A stretch of 64,000 nucleotides of DNA from an uncultured delta proteobacterium. GTDB lineage: Bacteria > Myxococcota > Myxococcia > Myxococcales > Anaeromyxobacteraceae. The notes beneath the pieces are model-generated. The model did not search any database and had not been told where the DNA came from. It worked only from the letters and a program-made list of their open reading frames with translations. The DNA lies in contig CAWFDF010000004.1 of assembly GCA_963814585.1 (NCBI GenBank), forward strand, positions 288,001 through 352,000. Reading direction: 5' to 3'. Positions within the stretch are counted from its first letter, which is position 1; every line of letters starts with the position of its first letter. Shown here one piece after another: positions 10,278 to 21,523 of this stretch. Made by a program: the position numbers and the translations under genes.

Positions 10278-11372
10278 CTAGCAGGTACGCCGGATGACGT
10301 GGACCGCGGTGGCCTTGAAGGACGCGAACACCGCCCGGCCCCGGTGGAGCCCGAGCGTCGCCAGCGACTCGGCGGTCACCGTCGCCACCAGCGGGAAGCC
10401 GCAGTCGAGCTTCACCTTGAGGTAAGCCCCCGCGGAGGTGACGCTGGCGATGCTGGCCGCGAAGACGTTGCGGGCGCTGCTGCTCCCGGACTGATTGGTG
10501 AGCTCGATGGTCACGTGCTCGGGCCGGATGCAGCAGTAGACGTGGTCACCCGGGGCCCCCGCCCCGATGGCGGAGATCTCCCGCCCGGCCACGGCCATGA
10601 CGATCTCCCCCTCGACGCGGCGCACCACCACGCCCTCGACGATGGTCTCCATCCCCATGCAGCTGGCGACGAACTCGTTGACGGGCTCGTTCATGACCAC
10701 GGCGGGCGGGCCCGACTGGACGATGGCGCCCCGCTGCATCACCACGATCCGCGCCGAGAGCCGGAGCGCCTCGGACTGATCGTGGGTCACCAGGACGGCC
10801 GCCGCGCCGGTCTCGCGGATGGTCCGCTCCAGGTCGTCGGTGATGGCCTGCCGCGTCGGCGGATCGAGGTTGGCGAAGGGCTCGTCGAGGAAGACCACCT
10901 CCGGCTCGACGGCCAGGGCCCGAGCCAGGCTGACCCGCCGCGACTCCCCCCCGGAGAGCCTGCGCGCCGAGCGCTCCTCCAGGGCGGTCAGGCCGAAGCG
11001 CTCCAGCCAGGCCATCACCCGGCGGCGCTCCTCCCGCCGGGGCAGCCCACGGATCCGCAGCCCGGCGGCGACGTTCTGGTAGACGGTCGCCTGGAAGAGG
11101 AGCGGCTCCTGCAGGACCATGGCCATGCGGCGACGCAGCGCGATGGCGTCGCGCTCGGTCGAGACCTCCACGCCCCGCCAGCGCACCTGGCCGGCGGCGC
11201 GGGGGAGGAGGCACATCAGGGAGAGCAGCAGCGAGGACTTCCCGCAGCCGTTCGGGCCGATGAGCGAGATGAACTCCCCCTCCTCGAGCCGGAAGGACGG
11301 GACCTCGAGCACCGTGACCCCTCCCCGGTCCACCCGGAGGTCGTGGGCCTCCAGGAGGGCCGCGGTGGTCAC
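10278..11372 (-). CDS. tupC: Tungstate/molybdate ABC transporter ATP-binding subunit with TOBE domain
   Basis: Walker A GPNGCGKS, LSGGE signature, LDEP, C-terminal FKATAV TOBE motif. Confidence 0.82.
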   Translation of the reverse strand: MTTAALLEAHDLRVDRGGVTVLEVPSFRLEEGEFISLIGPNGCGKSSLLLSLMCLLPRAAGQVRWRGVEVSTERDAIALRRRMAMVLQEPLLFQATVYQNVAAGLRIRGLPRREERRRVMAWLERFGLTALEERSARRLSGGESRRVSLARALAVEPEVVFLDEPFANLDPPTRQAITDDLERTIRETGAAAVLVTHDQSEALRLSARIVVMQRGAIVQSGPPAVVMNEPVNEFVASCMGMETIVEGVVVRRVEGEIVMAVAGREISAIGAGAPGDHVYCCIRPEHVTIELTNQSGSSSARNVFAASIASVTSAGAYLKVKLDCGFPLVATVTAESLATLGLHRGRAVFASFKATAVHVIRRTC

Positions 11373-12067
11373 CGGGGCCGCTCCCGCTGCTGGATCAGCG
11401 TGAGGAGGTAGTTGACCGCCAGCGTGACGAGCAGGAGGATCGCCGAGAGCGCGATGGCGACGTCGAAGTTGCCCCGGCCCGTCTCCATGACGGTCGCGGT
11501 GGTGAGGACCCGGGTGGAGCCCCGGATGTTGCCGCCCACCATGATCGAGGCCCCCACCTCGGAGATGACGCCCCCGAACCCGGCCATGACGCCGGCCAGG
11601 AGCGGCAGCCGCGCCTCCCGGAGCAGCAGCCAGACCAGCTGCGTCCTGGTCGCGCCCAGCGCCAGGATCTGGAGCCGCAGCGCCGCGGGCAGCCCCTGCA
11701 CGGCGCCGATGGTGATCCCCATGACGATGGGCGTGGCGATGACCACCTGGGCCAGGACGATGGCCGCCGGGGTGTAGAGGAGCCCCAGCGATCCCAGCGG
11801 CCCGCTGCGCCAGAGGAACAGCGTCACCAGGAGGCCGACCACCACCGGCGGCAGCCCCATGCCGGCATTGACCAGGCTCACCACCAGCTGCTTGCCGGGG
11901 AAGCGGCCCAGGGCGATGACCGTCCCCGCCGAGACCCCGACCACGACGCTGATGGCGGTGGCCGCCACCGACACCTGCAGCGAGAGGAGGGTGATGCCCA
12001 GCACCTCGGGGTCGAGGGAGAGGAGGAGCTGGAAGGCCTTGCGGAGCCCCTCGAGGACGAGATCCAT
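11369..12067 (-). CDS. tupB: Tungstate ABC transporter permease
   Basis: MGLPPVVVGL, ISEVGA.IMVGGNIRG.TRVLTTA typical of TupB. Confidence 0.88.
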   Translation of the reverse strand: MDLVLEGLRKAFQLLLSLDPEVLGITLLSLQVSVAATAISVVVGVSAGTVIALGRFPGKQLVVSLVNAGMGLPPVVVGLLVTLFLWRSGPLGSLGLLYTPAAIVLAQVVIATPIVMGITIGAVQGLPAALRLQILALGATRTQLVWLLLREARLPLLAGVMAGFGGVISEVGASIMVGGNIRGSTRVLTTATVMETGRGNFDVAIALSAILLLVTLAVNYLLTLIQQRERPR

Positions 12068-12235
12068 CAGGGGCCGTGCGTCGCCGCGGGCAATCGAGGG
12101 AGGACGGCTGGGTGCTGGCTCATGCTGGTGCGAGCCTAGCAGGCGGGGCGTTCCCCGGAAATCGGGCTGGGGGGGCCGGTGGTCCCGGCTCCACCTGGAG
12201 CGTGGCAGGTGGAGCCGGCTCGACCCCGGGCCCGG

Positions 12236-12928
12236 CTACTCGAAGGCGGGGCCGTCGTCCCAGTCGCCGCCGGCGTCGTTCATGCCCAGCTGACCCCAGC
12301 CAGGGCCGCCGCCGGGACCATGCGGACCGGGGCCGTGCGGGCCGGGGCCCATGCCCGGGCAATCGGGGCCGCCAGGGCAACCGGGGCCGCCGGGACCGGG
12401 CCCCCGACCGCGCCCGCCCGGCCGCAGCTCCTGCATGGCCCGCTGGTGGAACTTGGCGAGGAAGAGCACCGCCCGGGCCCGCTTCTCGGGAGGGAGGTCC
12501 CTGGTGACGGTGGTCACCACCTCGCGGTCGATCACCTGCACCTGGGCGCGGGCGTCGAGAAGCCTGGTGATGGCGGCGTCGACGTCGGCGGCGGCCACCT
12601 TCTCACCCTGGGCGGAGCGGCGCAGCAGCTGGACCGAGTCGCGCATCTGGACCATGGCGGCCTGCCGGCGAGGCGTGAACTTGTCGATCTGGCCGCCGAG
12701 CTTGAGCGCCGCGGCGTCGTCGAGCTGGAGGGTCTCGGCCAGCCCGAGCGTCAGGGCGAGCTTCATCCGGCGCTGCAGCTTCTCCATCCGGGCCGGGTCC
12801 AGCGGGTCCATCGGGCCCGGCTGGCCGGGGCCGGCGGCCGGGGCGCCAGGCTTGGCGGCCGGCGGCGGCGCGGCCTGGGCGAAGGCCAGCACGGGGGCCA
12901 GGGCGAGCAGCAGGGCGAGCTTCCTCAT
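12236..12928 (-). CDS. Secreted helical protein, Spy/CpxP/ZraP-like periplasmic sensor
   Basis: Signal peptide (AFAQA), helical core, LPPEKRAR (LTxxQ-like) motif, Gly/Pro tail; follows an anti-sigma gene. Confidence 0.55.
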   Translation of the reverse strand: MRKLALLLALAPVLAFAQAAPPPAAKPGAPAAGPGQPGPMDPLDPARMEKLQRRMKLALTLGLAETLQLDDAAALKLGGQIDKFTPRRQAAMVQMRDSVQLLRRSAQGEKVAAADVDAAITRLLDARAQVQVIDREVVTTVTRDLPPEKRARAVLFLAKFHQRAMQELRPGGRGRGPGPGGPGCPGGPDCPGMGPGPHGPGPHGPGGGPGWGQLGMNDAGGDWDDGPAFE

Positions 12929-12971
12929 GGGTCGTTCCTTTCGGTGAAACGGGTCGCTTCACTGCGCGTCA

Positions 12972-13472
12972 TCAGTCGTCGGCCAGCAGCACGGCCAGCG
13001 CCACCTCGTCGGCCCCCGACATGGCGGCGGTCGAGCCGTCGTCGGAGGCGAGGTCGCTGGCGGTCCAGAGCTCGTCGGCGTCGGGCGGCTCCCACCCGGC
13101 CGGCGCCGCGGCGAGCCGGGCCGCCGGTGCGTCCACGGTGGTCCGGTGGGAGAAGGCCGGCGCCACCAGGAAGGCCACCGCCGCGGCCACGGCCAGCAGC
13201 GCCGCGGCCACCCGGAGCGGGGGCCGCCCGCGGAGCTCGGTCCGCCGCTGCTCCAGCCGGACCGCCTCGGCGAGGCCGGTCAGGGCGTCCCGCTCGGCCT
13301 GGGCCGGCGGCGGCAGCGCCGCCATCGAGAGCACCTCGGCGAGCGCCTCGCCCTCGGCCCGGCAGCCGGCGCACCCGGCCAGGTGAGCCTCGAGCCGCGC
13401 GGCGTCGCCGGCGGCGACCTCGCCCGCGGCGCGGTCGGTGAGGAGCGGCAGCCAGCCGGCGCAGGCGGTCAT
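12972..13472 (-). CDS. Zinc-binding anti-sigma factor (zf-HC2)
   Basis: HLAGCAGC (HxxxCxxC), one TM segment, overlaps the sigma factor stop. Confidence 0.85.
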   Translation of the reverse strand: MTACAGWLPLLTDRAAGEVAAGDAARLEAHLAGCAGCRAEGEALAEVLSMAALPPPAQAERDALTGLAEAVRLEQRRTELRGRPPLRVAAALLAVAAAVAFLVAPAFSHRTTVDAPAARLAAAPAGWEPPDADELWTASDLASDDGSTAAMSGADEVALAVLLADD

Positions 13473-14104
13473 GCACCCTCCTGGCCCAGCTCGGCGCGGA
13501 GCCGGCGGGCGGCGAGGTGGAAGGAGACCTTGGCGGCGTTCTCGGTGATCCCGAGCGTCGCGCCGATCTCGGCGAAGGGCAGCTCGGCGTCGAGCCGGAG
13601 GGTCAGCACCTCGCGCTGCCGGCGCGGCAGCCGCAGGACGGCGCGGCGCACCCGGGCGGTGGCCTGGGCCCGCTCCAGCCGCTCCGGCGCCGACGGGGCG
13701 CCGGACGCCAGCGCCTCCGCCTCCACCGGCGACCTCGTCCAGCGGCCGGCGTCGCGCCGGTGGTTCTTGGCCAGGTTGACGGCGACGCGCACCAGCCAGC
13801 GCCGGAAGGGGACGGCGTTGCGCCCGCGCTTCGCCAGCAGGCGGCGCGCCGACTCGAAGGCCTTCAGGAAGGTCCGCTGGGCGAGGTCCCGGGCGTCCTC
13901 CGGCGTGGCGGCGTAGCGCCGGACGATGGCCAGCACCAGCGGCTGGTGGCGCCGGACCAGCTCGCCGAAGGCCTCGTCGTCGCCGACCAGCCAGGCGCCG
14001 AGCAGGGCGTCCTCGTCGCGCGGCTCGGCGGCGCGGCCGCCCCCGACCAGCGTCAGCCTCGGTCGTCCGGTGTCGTCGTCTCGCATGCGCGTGGCCGCCA
14101 TCAC
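13469..14104 (-). CDS. ECF sigma-70 factor
   Basis: Region 2 (DLAQRTFLKA, FRRWLVRVAVN) and region 4 (LPRRQREV...EIGATLG). Confidence 0.92.
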   Translation of the reverse strand: MMAATRMRDDDTGRPRLTLVGGGRAAEPRDEDALLGAWLVGDDEAFGELVRRHQPLVLAIVRRYAATPEDARDLAQRTFLKAFESARRLLAKRGRNAVPFRRWLVRVAVNLAKNHRRDAGRWTRSPVEAEALASGAPSAPERLERAQATARVRRAVLRLPRRQREVLTLRLDAELPFAEIGATLGITENAAKVSFHLAARRLRAELGQEGA

Positions 14105-14138
14105 CCCGTGGAAGACCCCTTGCCCTCCCCGAGGTTAA

Positions 14139-15497
<1,359 letters not shown>

Positions 15498-15552
15498 CGG
15501 GGCGGGGGCTGTCCGGGCGTCGCGGGTCGCCCGGGCTGGGGGCGTTCCGGAC

Positions 15553-15581
15553 TTGATCCCGGCACGCCCATCCTCTATACA
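15553..15581 (+). promoter_or_regulatory. Putative sigma70 promoter of the tRNA cluster
   Basis: TTGATC-17 nt-TATACA about 70 nt upstream of the first tRNA. Confidence 0.55.
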
Positions 15582-15651
15582 GGGCGGCTCGAATGCCCTT
15601 CCGGTCGGTTTTCCCCGGGACGGCGGCAGGTTGACGGACGAGGCAGGGTTC

Positions 15652-15741
15652 GGAGGAGTGGCCGAGCGGTCGAAGGCGGCGGTCTTGAAAACCGTTGAGG
15701 GTTCACGCCCTCCGAAGGTTCGAATCCTTCCTCCTCCGCCA
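15652..15741 (+). tRNA. tRNA-Ser (anticodon TGA)
   Basis: GGAGGAG/CTCCTCC acceptor stem, GCGGT-CT-TGA-AA-ACCGT arm, long variable arm, GGTTCGAATCC, encoded CCA. Confidence 0.96.
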
Positions 15742-15762
15742 CAACGAGGAACGAGCGTTTCT

Positions 15763-15854
15763 GGAAAGGTGGCCGAGAGGCCGAAGGCGCTGGTTTGCTA
15801 AACCAGTGTACGGGGTAACCTGTACCGAGGGTTCGAATCCCTCCCTTTCCGCCA
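15763..15854 (+). tRNA. tRNA-Ser (anticodon GCT)
   Basis: GGAAAGG/CCTTTCC acceptor stem, CTGGT-TT-GCT-AA-ACCAG arm, long variable arm, CCA. Confidence 0.96.
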
Positions 15855-15880
15855 GTCGTGGCGGTCGAACAAGAGGTGTT

Positions 15881-15957
15881 GCGCCCTTAGCTCAGATGGA
15901 TAGAGCGTCGGACTACGAATCCGAAGGCCAGAGGTTCGAATCCTCTAGGGCGCGCCA
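15881..15957 (+). tRNA. tRNA-Arg (anticodon ACG)
   Basis: GCGCCCT/AGGGCGC acceptor stem, TCGGA-CT-ACG-AA-TCCGA arm, T-loop, CCA. Confidence 0.96.
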
Positions 15958-15964
15958 GTCGAGA

Positions 15965-16002
15965 GAAGCCCCCGTGACGCCAGTCGCGGGGGCTTCGTGT
16001 TT
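15965..16002 (+). terminator. Putative intrinsic terminator after the tRNA cluster
   Basis: GAAGCCCCCGTGAC-GCCA-GTCGCGGGGGCTTC hairpin followed by GTGTTT. Confidence 0.6.
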
Positions 16003-16130
16003 CCGCAGGGCCACTTCACGATGCCAGCCGCACCTCGGAGACCCGGGCTCGCGAACCGATGGTGGTATCGTGCGTGTCCCTGGCCGTGCTGCAGCGCCCC
16101 GATGAGCGACCTGGTGCCCAGGAGTGAGCG

Positions 16131-16709
16131 ATGGCTGCGAAGAAGAAGGCCAGCCCCAGTGGCCGACCCAGGATTGAGGCGAAGGCCAGTCGAGGGCTGC
16201 TCGCCACCCTGCAGCGTCGCTTCGAGGCGCATCCGAACCGCCATCCTGGGCTCGACTGGGAGACGGTGGAGCCGCGCCTCGATGCCAGCGTCCTCGCCAG
16301 GCTGGCCAGGATGGAGGTGAGCGGAGGCGAGCCCGACGTGGCGCTGATCGAGGGACCCGGCATCGTGGTCTTCGTCGACTGTGCCGCCCAGAGCCCGAGC
16401 GGACGCCGTAGCCTCTGCTTCGATCGCGAGGCGTGGCAGGCCCGCAAGGAGGCACGACCCGCGGACAACGTGCTCGACGTGGCGTCGTCGATGGGCGTCG
16501 AGCTCCTCACCGAGCAGGAGTATCGGGCGCTGCAGGCCCTGGAGGCCCTCGACACCACGACGTCGAGCTGGATCGCGACGCCTCCGGCGATCCGTGCCGC
16601 TGGCGGCGCGCTGTTCTGCGACCGCCGCTACGACCACGTCTTCGTCTACCACAACGGCGCCCAGTCCTATTACGCGGCGAGGGGCTTCCGGGCGAAGCTC
16701 CGGGTCTGA
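16131..16709 (+). CDS. DUF4256 family protein
   Basis: ME.SGGEPDV, SPSGRRSLCFD, GGALFCDRRYDHVFVYHNGAQSYYAARGFR. Confidence 0.85.
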   Translation: MAAKKKASPSGRPRIEAKASRGLLATLQRRFEAHPNRHPGLDWETVEPRLDASVLARLARMEVSGGEPDVALIEGPGIVVFVDCAAQSPSGRRSLCFDREAWQARKEARPADNVLDVASSMGVELLTEQEYRALQALEALDTTTSSWIATPPAIRAAGGALFCDRRYDHVFVYHNGAQSYYAARGFRAKLRV

Positions 16710-16770
16710 GCGACGGAACCCCGCGTCTGGGCGCTGCGGCGACCCATCGTGTCGCAGCGGGAGGCGGGGC

Positions 16771-17385
16771 TCAGGGGTCCTCGGCGGGATCCGCGGAGGG
16801 CCCCCGCTCCGTGCGCGAGCGGGGCGCCCGCTCCTGCTTCGGCACCTCGTACGTCAGCGTCGCGAACCCGGTCCCGCTCGCCACCGCCGAGACCAGCCTC
16901 ATCGGCGGCGAGTCGATCCGCCGCGGCAGGAGCGGCTTCCCCTTGCCGAGCGTCACCGAGGCCACGCCCACGATCAGCTCGTCGAGCAGCCCGGCGTCGT
17001 GGAACTGGCCGGCCAGCTCCCCGCCGCCGACGATCCAGACGTTCCTCCCCATCGCGGCCGTCGCCATCAGCGCGTGCACCGGCCGCACGTCGCCGCGCAC
17101 GAAGCGGACGTCGGCGCCCGGCGGCGTCATCCACTCGCGCGACGTGAAGACCCAGGTCGGCACCGCATACGGCCAGGGCTGCTCCTTGTCCGCGCCGGGC
17201 GCGATGAGGTGCGTGAGCATCCAGCCGTAGGTCGACGCACCCATGGCGAGGGCGCCGACGCCGGCGATGAAGCGGTGGTACTCGCCGGGAGGCCCGTCTC
17301 CACACCTGAAGAGCCAGTCGAGGGAGTGGTGCTCGTCGGCGATGAAGCCGTCGAGCGTCGCGGCGGTGAAGTACTGGGTCTTCAT
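16771..17385 (-). CDS. Dihydrofolate reductase family (RibD C-terminal domain) protein
   Basis: ATLDGFIAD, MGASTY, WIVGGGELA, GLLDEL, LGKGKPL; GGAGG RBS. Confidence 0.88.
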   Translation of the reverse strand: MKTQYFTAATLDGFIADEHHSLDWLFRCGDGPPGEYHRFIAGVGALAMGASTYGWMLTHLIAPGADKEQPWPYAVPTWVFTSREWMTPPGADVRFVRGDVRPVHALMATAAMGRNVWIVGGGELAGQFHDAGLLDELIVGVASVTLGKGKPLLPRRIDSPPMRLVSAVASGTGFATLTYEVPKQERAPRSRTERGPSADPAEDP

Positions 17386-17476
17386 GGTCTCCTCCCGGGT
17401 CTTGAACCAATGGAGGGGAGTCACCGCCATCCATGCTATCGGACTCCAATGGCGGGTTGAATACCTGCCCCCGCCC

Positions 17477-20188
17477 TCAGGCGCTGAGGCCCCCGAACCA
17501 GCCCCGCCGCTCCATCCACTTCGCGAGCTCGAGGACCGGGGACACCGTGCAGGCCGCGGCCACCACGATGATCCAGTCCAGGAGGGGCAGCGGGTAGGTC
17601 CCGAACGGCCCGTTGAGGACGGGCACGTAGATGATCAGCGCGAGCGCGGCCAGCTCCCAGGCGACGGCGAGGTTCAGCCACCGGTTGGCGAACGGTCGCA
17701 CCAGGACGGAGTGCCGGTCCGACCGGAAGTTGTAGGCCTTGACGAACTGGATCAGCACCAGGGACACGAACGTCATGGTCACCGCCTCCGCCGCGCTCCG
17801 GCCGGAGCCGAGGGCCCAGGCGAAGAGGCCGATGTTGACCAGCATCGACCACGCCCCGCCCAGCAGCGTCAGCGTCAGGACGGGCCGCGTGAAGACCCCC
17901 ACCCTGGGATCGCGGGGAGGGCGCCGCATGAGGTCGGCCTCCGGAGGATCCACGGCCAGCGCCAGGGCCGGGAGGCCGTCGGTGGCCAGGTTCACGTACA
18001 GGATCTGGACCGCCGTCAGGGGGAGCGGCAACCCGAGCAGGGAGGCGCCCGCCATGAGCCCGATCTCGCCGACGTTCGACGAGAGCAGGTACATCAGGTA
18101 CTTCTTGATGTTGCTGAAGACGGCCCGGCCCTCCTCGACCGCGGCCACGATCGACGCGAAGTTGTCGTCGATCAGCGTCATGGCGGCGGCGTCCTTGGTC
18201 ACGTCGGTCCCGGTGACGCCCATGGCGACGCCGATGTCGGCCTTCTTGAGCGCCGGGGCGTCGTTGACGCCGTCCCCGGTCATGGCCACGTAGCGTCCCT
18301 TTCCCTGCCAGGCCGCGACGACCCGGAGCTTGTGGGCCGGCGAGACGCGCGCGTAGACCTCGATGGCCCCGACCTGGCGCTCGAGCTCCTCGTCGCTCAT
18401 CGCGTCCAGCTCTGGCCCGGTCACGATCCGACCTTGCTTGAGCAGCCCCAGCTCGCGGGCGATCGCCTGGGCGGTGAGCGCGTGGTCACCGGTGATCAGG
18501 ATCGGCTTGATGCCGGCCCGCTCGCACGCCTCGATGGCCCGGCCGGCCTCGGGACGCGGCGGATCGATCATCCCGACGAGCCCGAGGAAGGTCATCCCGC
18601 GCTCGGCGTCCTCGAGGCTGGCGTGAGGCTTGACCGCCACGGCGAGGACGCGGAGCGCCTCGCTCGCCATGCGCCGGGCCGCGCCGAGGATCCGCTCCCG
18701 GTCCGCCGGCCCCAGGTCGTGATCGCCGTCGTCACCGCTCAGGCGGCTGCACCCCTCGAGGACGACCTCGGGCGCACCCTTCGAGCACGCCACCACGCCA
18801 TCCGCGGTGCGATGCAGCGTGGTCATCCGCTTGGTCTCGGAGGAGAACGGGATCTCCGCCACCCGCGGGCTGTCGATCTCGAGCTCGTGCCGGTGCAGGC
18901 CGGCCTTCGCCGCCGCCACCACCAGCGCCAGCTCGGTGGAGTCGCCCCGGCCGGGCCCGCCCGCCGCCGTCTCGCCGTGTCGCCCGAGCCGGGCGTCCGA
19001 CGCCAGGGCGGCCGCCCGCAGCAGGGCCAGCACCGCCGGCGGCGGCGGGGCGGACTGCCCCGCCTCGGAGAACTCCCCGCGCGGCTCGTAGCCCGCGCCG
19101 GAGACGTCGAAGGTCCGCCCCGCGGCCTCGATCCGCCGGACGGTCATCTCGCCCCGGGTCAGCGTCCCGGTCTTGTCCGAGGCGATGACGGAGACGCTCC
19201 CCAGCGTCTCCACGGCCGAGAGCCTGCGCACCAGCGCGTTGCGCCTCACCATGCGCTGCGCGCCGAGGGCCAGGGAGATGGTCACGACGGCCGGGAGGGC
19301 CTCGGGGACGACCGCCACGGCCAGGGCGATCCCGAAGATCAGCATCTCCCAGAACGACTGGCCCCTGAGGATCCCGAGCAGGACGATCAGCGCCACGACC
19401 GCCACGGCGGCGCGGGCCAGGATCTGGCCCACCCGGTCGAGGTTCTGCTGCAGGGGCGTGCGCCGGCTCTCCACGCCTTCCAGCAGGCGGGCGATCGATC
19501 CGAACTCCGTGCGCATCCCGGTCGCGACGACGACCGCCGACCCCCGGCCGTAGGTCACGGCGGTGCCGGCGTAGACCATGTTCCTCCGATCGCCGATCGC
19601 CAGGTCGGCCCCGGCCAGGGGATCGGTGGCCTTCCGGACGGGCATGGACTCCCCGGTCAGGGCGGCCTCGTCGATCTTGAGGTTGACGTCCTCGGTGACC
19701 CGCGCGTCGGCCGGGACCTTGGCGCCGGCCTCGAGGAGGACGACGTCGCCCGGCACCAGGTCGCGGGCGGCGATCTCCCGCTCCTCGCCGTCGCGCAGGG
19801 CCGTGGCCAGGGGGGCGGCCATGCGCCGCAGCCCCTCCATGGCGCGCTCGGCCCGGTACTCCTGGACGAAGCCCAGCACCACCGCGAACAGCATGATCAC
19901 GGCGATGACCACGGCCTCCAGGGTGTGCCCCAGCAAGGCCGAGAGCCCGACCGCGACCAGGAGGATCAGGATGAGGACGTTCTTGAACTGCGCGAGGACG
20001 AGGCTCCAGGGCGAGGCGGAAGCGGAGGCGGCGAGCTCGTTCGGCCCATGCTCGGCCAGGCGTCGGGCGGCCTCCTCGCCGGTCAGTCCGCTCCCGGTGG
20101 AGGCGAGCCGGTCGTGGACGGCCGCCACGGAGAGCGTGTGCCATACGGACACGGGATCCGGGGGCGCTGGAGCGGGGCTTGCCGGCAT
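17477..20188 (-). CDS. Cation-translocating P-type ATPase (type IIA, Ca2+-like)
   Basis: TGES, VPEALP, DKTGTLT phosphorylation site, [28 protein letters not shown]. Confidence 0.93.
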   Translation of the reverse strand: MPASPAPAPPDPVSVWHTLSVAAVHDRLASTGSGLTGEEAARRLAEHGPNELAASASASPWSLVLAQFKNVLILILLVAVGLSALLGHTLEAVVIAVIMLFAVVLGFVQEYRAERAMEGLRRMAAPLATALRDGEEREIAARDLVPGDVVLLEAGAKVPADARVTEDVNLKIDEAALTGESMPVRKATDPLAGADLAIGDRRNMVYAGTAVTYGRGSAVVVATGMRTEFGSIARLLEGVESRRTPLQQNLDRVGQILARAAVAVVALIVLLGILRGQSFWEMLIFGIALAVAVVPEALPAVVTISLALGAQRMVRRNALVRRLSAVETLGSVSVIASDKTGTLTRGEMTVRRIEAAGRTFDVSGAGYEPRGEFSEAGQSAPPPPAVLALLRAAALASDARLGRHGETAAGGPGRGDSTELALVVAAAKAGLHRHELEIDSPRVAEIPFSSETKRMTTLHRTADGVVACSKGAPEVVLEGCSRLSGDDGDHDLGPADRERILGAARRMASEALRVLAVAVKPHASLEDAERGMTFLGLVGMIDPPRPEAGRAIEACERAGIKPILITGDHALTAQAIARELGLLKQGRIVTGPELDAMSDEELERQVGAIEVYARVSPAHKLRVVAAWQGKGRYVAMTGDGVNDAPALKKADIGVAMGVTGTDVTKDAAAMTLIDDNFASIVAAVEEGRAVFSNIKKYLMYLLSSNVGEIGLMAGASLLGLPLPLTAVQILYVNLATDGLPALALAVDPPEADLMRRPPRDPRVGVFTRPVLTLTLLGGAWSMLVNIGLFAWALGSGRSAAEAVTMTFVSLVLIQFVKAYNFRSDRHSVLVRPFANRWLNLAVAWELAALALIIYVPVLNGPFGTYPLPLLDWIIVVAAACTVSPVLELAKWMERRGWFGGLSA

Positions 20189-20371
20189 CAGGTTGCCCTC
20201 CTCATGTCGGGACGGCCTCCGCGGCGCCCGCCTCCTCGCCTGGCCCTCGGAGCCCGCGGGCTGGAGGCTCCAGGAGGCTGGGGACAGCCGGCTCCAGGAT
20301 GGTCGCGAGCCCGTCCCTGCCCCTGCCCGGGCAGCGTAGGCGCGGGACCGTGATCATGCCAATTCATTGTG

Positions 20372-20384
20372 TTGACGTGATCAA
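20372..20384. promoter_or_regulatory. Putative LysR-type T-N11-A operator
   Basis: TTGA-CGTGA-TCAA palindrome in an AT-rich patch between divergent genes. Confidence 0.45.
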
Positions 20385-20401
20385 TAGAAACTTGTCAATG
20401 T

Positions 20402-21313
20402 ATGGACGGGATCGTGGACCACCTCAACTACCACCACCTCCGGGTCTTCTGGACGGCCGCACGCGAGGGTGGCGTGACGCGCGCGAGCGAGAAGCTGCAC
20501 GTCTCGCAGCCGACGGTCACCAGCCAGATCCGGGCGCTCGAGCGGGTGCTCGGCCAGAGGCTCTTCGTCCGCTCGGGCCGCAGCCTGGTGCTCACCGCCT
20601 CGGGGCGATCCGCCTACCGGTACGCCGACGAGATCGTCGGACTGGGCCAGGAGCTGCTGGACGGGATGAAGGGGGGATCCCCGGGACGCGAGGTCCGGCT
20701 GACCGTCGGCATCGCGGACGTGCTCGCCAAGCAGATCGCCTACCGGATCCTGGAGCCGGCGCTGCGGCTCCCCGAGCCCGTGCGGGTGGAGGGGATCGAG
20801 GACGCTCCCGAGCGCCTGCTGGCCGAGCTCGCGGTCTTCGGGCTGGACGTGGTGCTCTCGGACGCCCCGGTCGGGCCAGCAGCCAGGGTCCGCGCGCACG
20901 ACCACCTGCTGGGCGAGTGCGCGGTCTCGGTGTTCGGCGCAGCCCGCCTGGCCCGGGCCTACCAGCGCGGGTTTCCACGCTCCCTCGACGGCGCCCCCTT
21001 CCTGCTTCCCAGGCCGCACTCGGCCCTGCGGCTCGCGCTGGACGACTGGTTCGATCGCGAGGGCGTGCGGCCTCGAGTGGTCGGGGAGTTCGACGACAGC
21101 GCCCTCATGAATGCGCTCGGACAGGCCGGGCTCGGCCTGTTCCCCGCGCCGTCTCCCATCGCGGAGGAGGTGTGCCGCCAGTACCAGGTCCGCTCGATGG
21201 GGACGATCGAGTCCGTCCGCCAGAGGTTCTACGCCATCACCGTCGAGCGCACCGTCAAGCACCCGGCGGTCCTCGCCATCTGCGAGGCCGCCCGCCGCAG
21301 GCTCTTCCAGTGA
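20402..21313 (+). CDS. nhaR: LysR-family transcriptional activator, NhaR-like
   Basis: LNYHHL..FW N-terminus, FPRSLDGAPFLLP, GEFDDSALM, FYAITVER..KHPAV. Confidence 0.85.
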   Translation: MDGIVDHLNYHHLRVFWTAAREGGVTRASEKLHVSQPTVTSQIRALERVLGQRLFVRSGRSLVLTASGRSAYRYADEIVGLGQELLDGMKGGSPGREVRLTVGIADVLAKQIAYRILEPALRLPEPVRVEGIEDAPERLLAELAVFGLDVVLSDAPVGPAARVRAHDHLLGECAVSVFGAARLARAYQRGFPRSLDGAPFLLPRPHSALRLALDDWFDREGVRPRVVGEFDDSALMNALGQAGLGLFPAPSPIAEEVCRQYQVRSMGTIESVRQRFYAITVERTVKHPAVLAICEAARRRLFQ

Positions 21314-21523
21314 GCCCACCGAGGTCCGAGGAGGATGCGCCCCGGGACCATCGGCGAGGACGTCTCGCTCCACCGGAGGTCCGCCGGGCTGAACGCGGCG
21401 CGCCACCTCCTCGGCGAGGCCGGCCTCGACCTCGTCGAGGAGCGGCCCGGGGACACCTGGGGGACTCGCGCCAGCCGGCGACGTTTCGAGCCTCGCTTCG
21501 GGGAGGGGCACTAAGATGGCCGG

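Noticed and set aside
15652..15741. tRNA-Sec or an opal suppressor
   Set aside because: The anticodon is TGA (reads UCA, Ser), not TCA, and the acceptor stem is a normal 7 bp.
20189..20345. yybP-ykoY or Na+/Li+ riboswitch ahead of the P-type ATPase
   Set aside because: No recognisable consensus by eye, only a short CCTGGAGCC duplication. An Rfam scan would be needed to exclude it fully.
15957..21500. Integrative element at tRNA-Arg
   Set aside because: No integrase, no transposase and no duplicated tRNA 3' end were found in the window.
21314..21520. Possible gene remnants in spacers (also 46067-46242)
   Set aside because: Short coding-like stretches without a convincing start, RBS or recognisable family.
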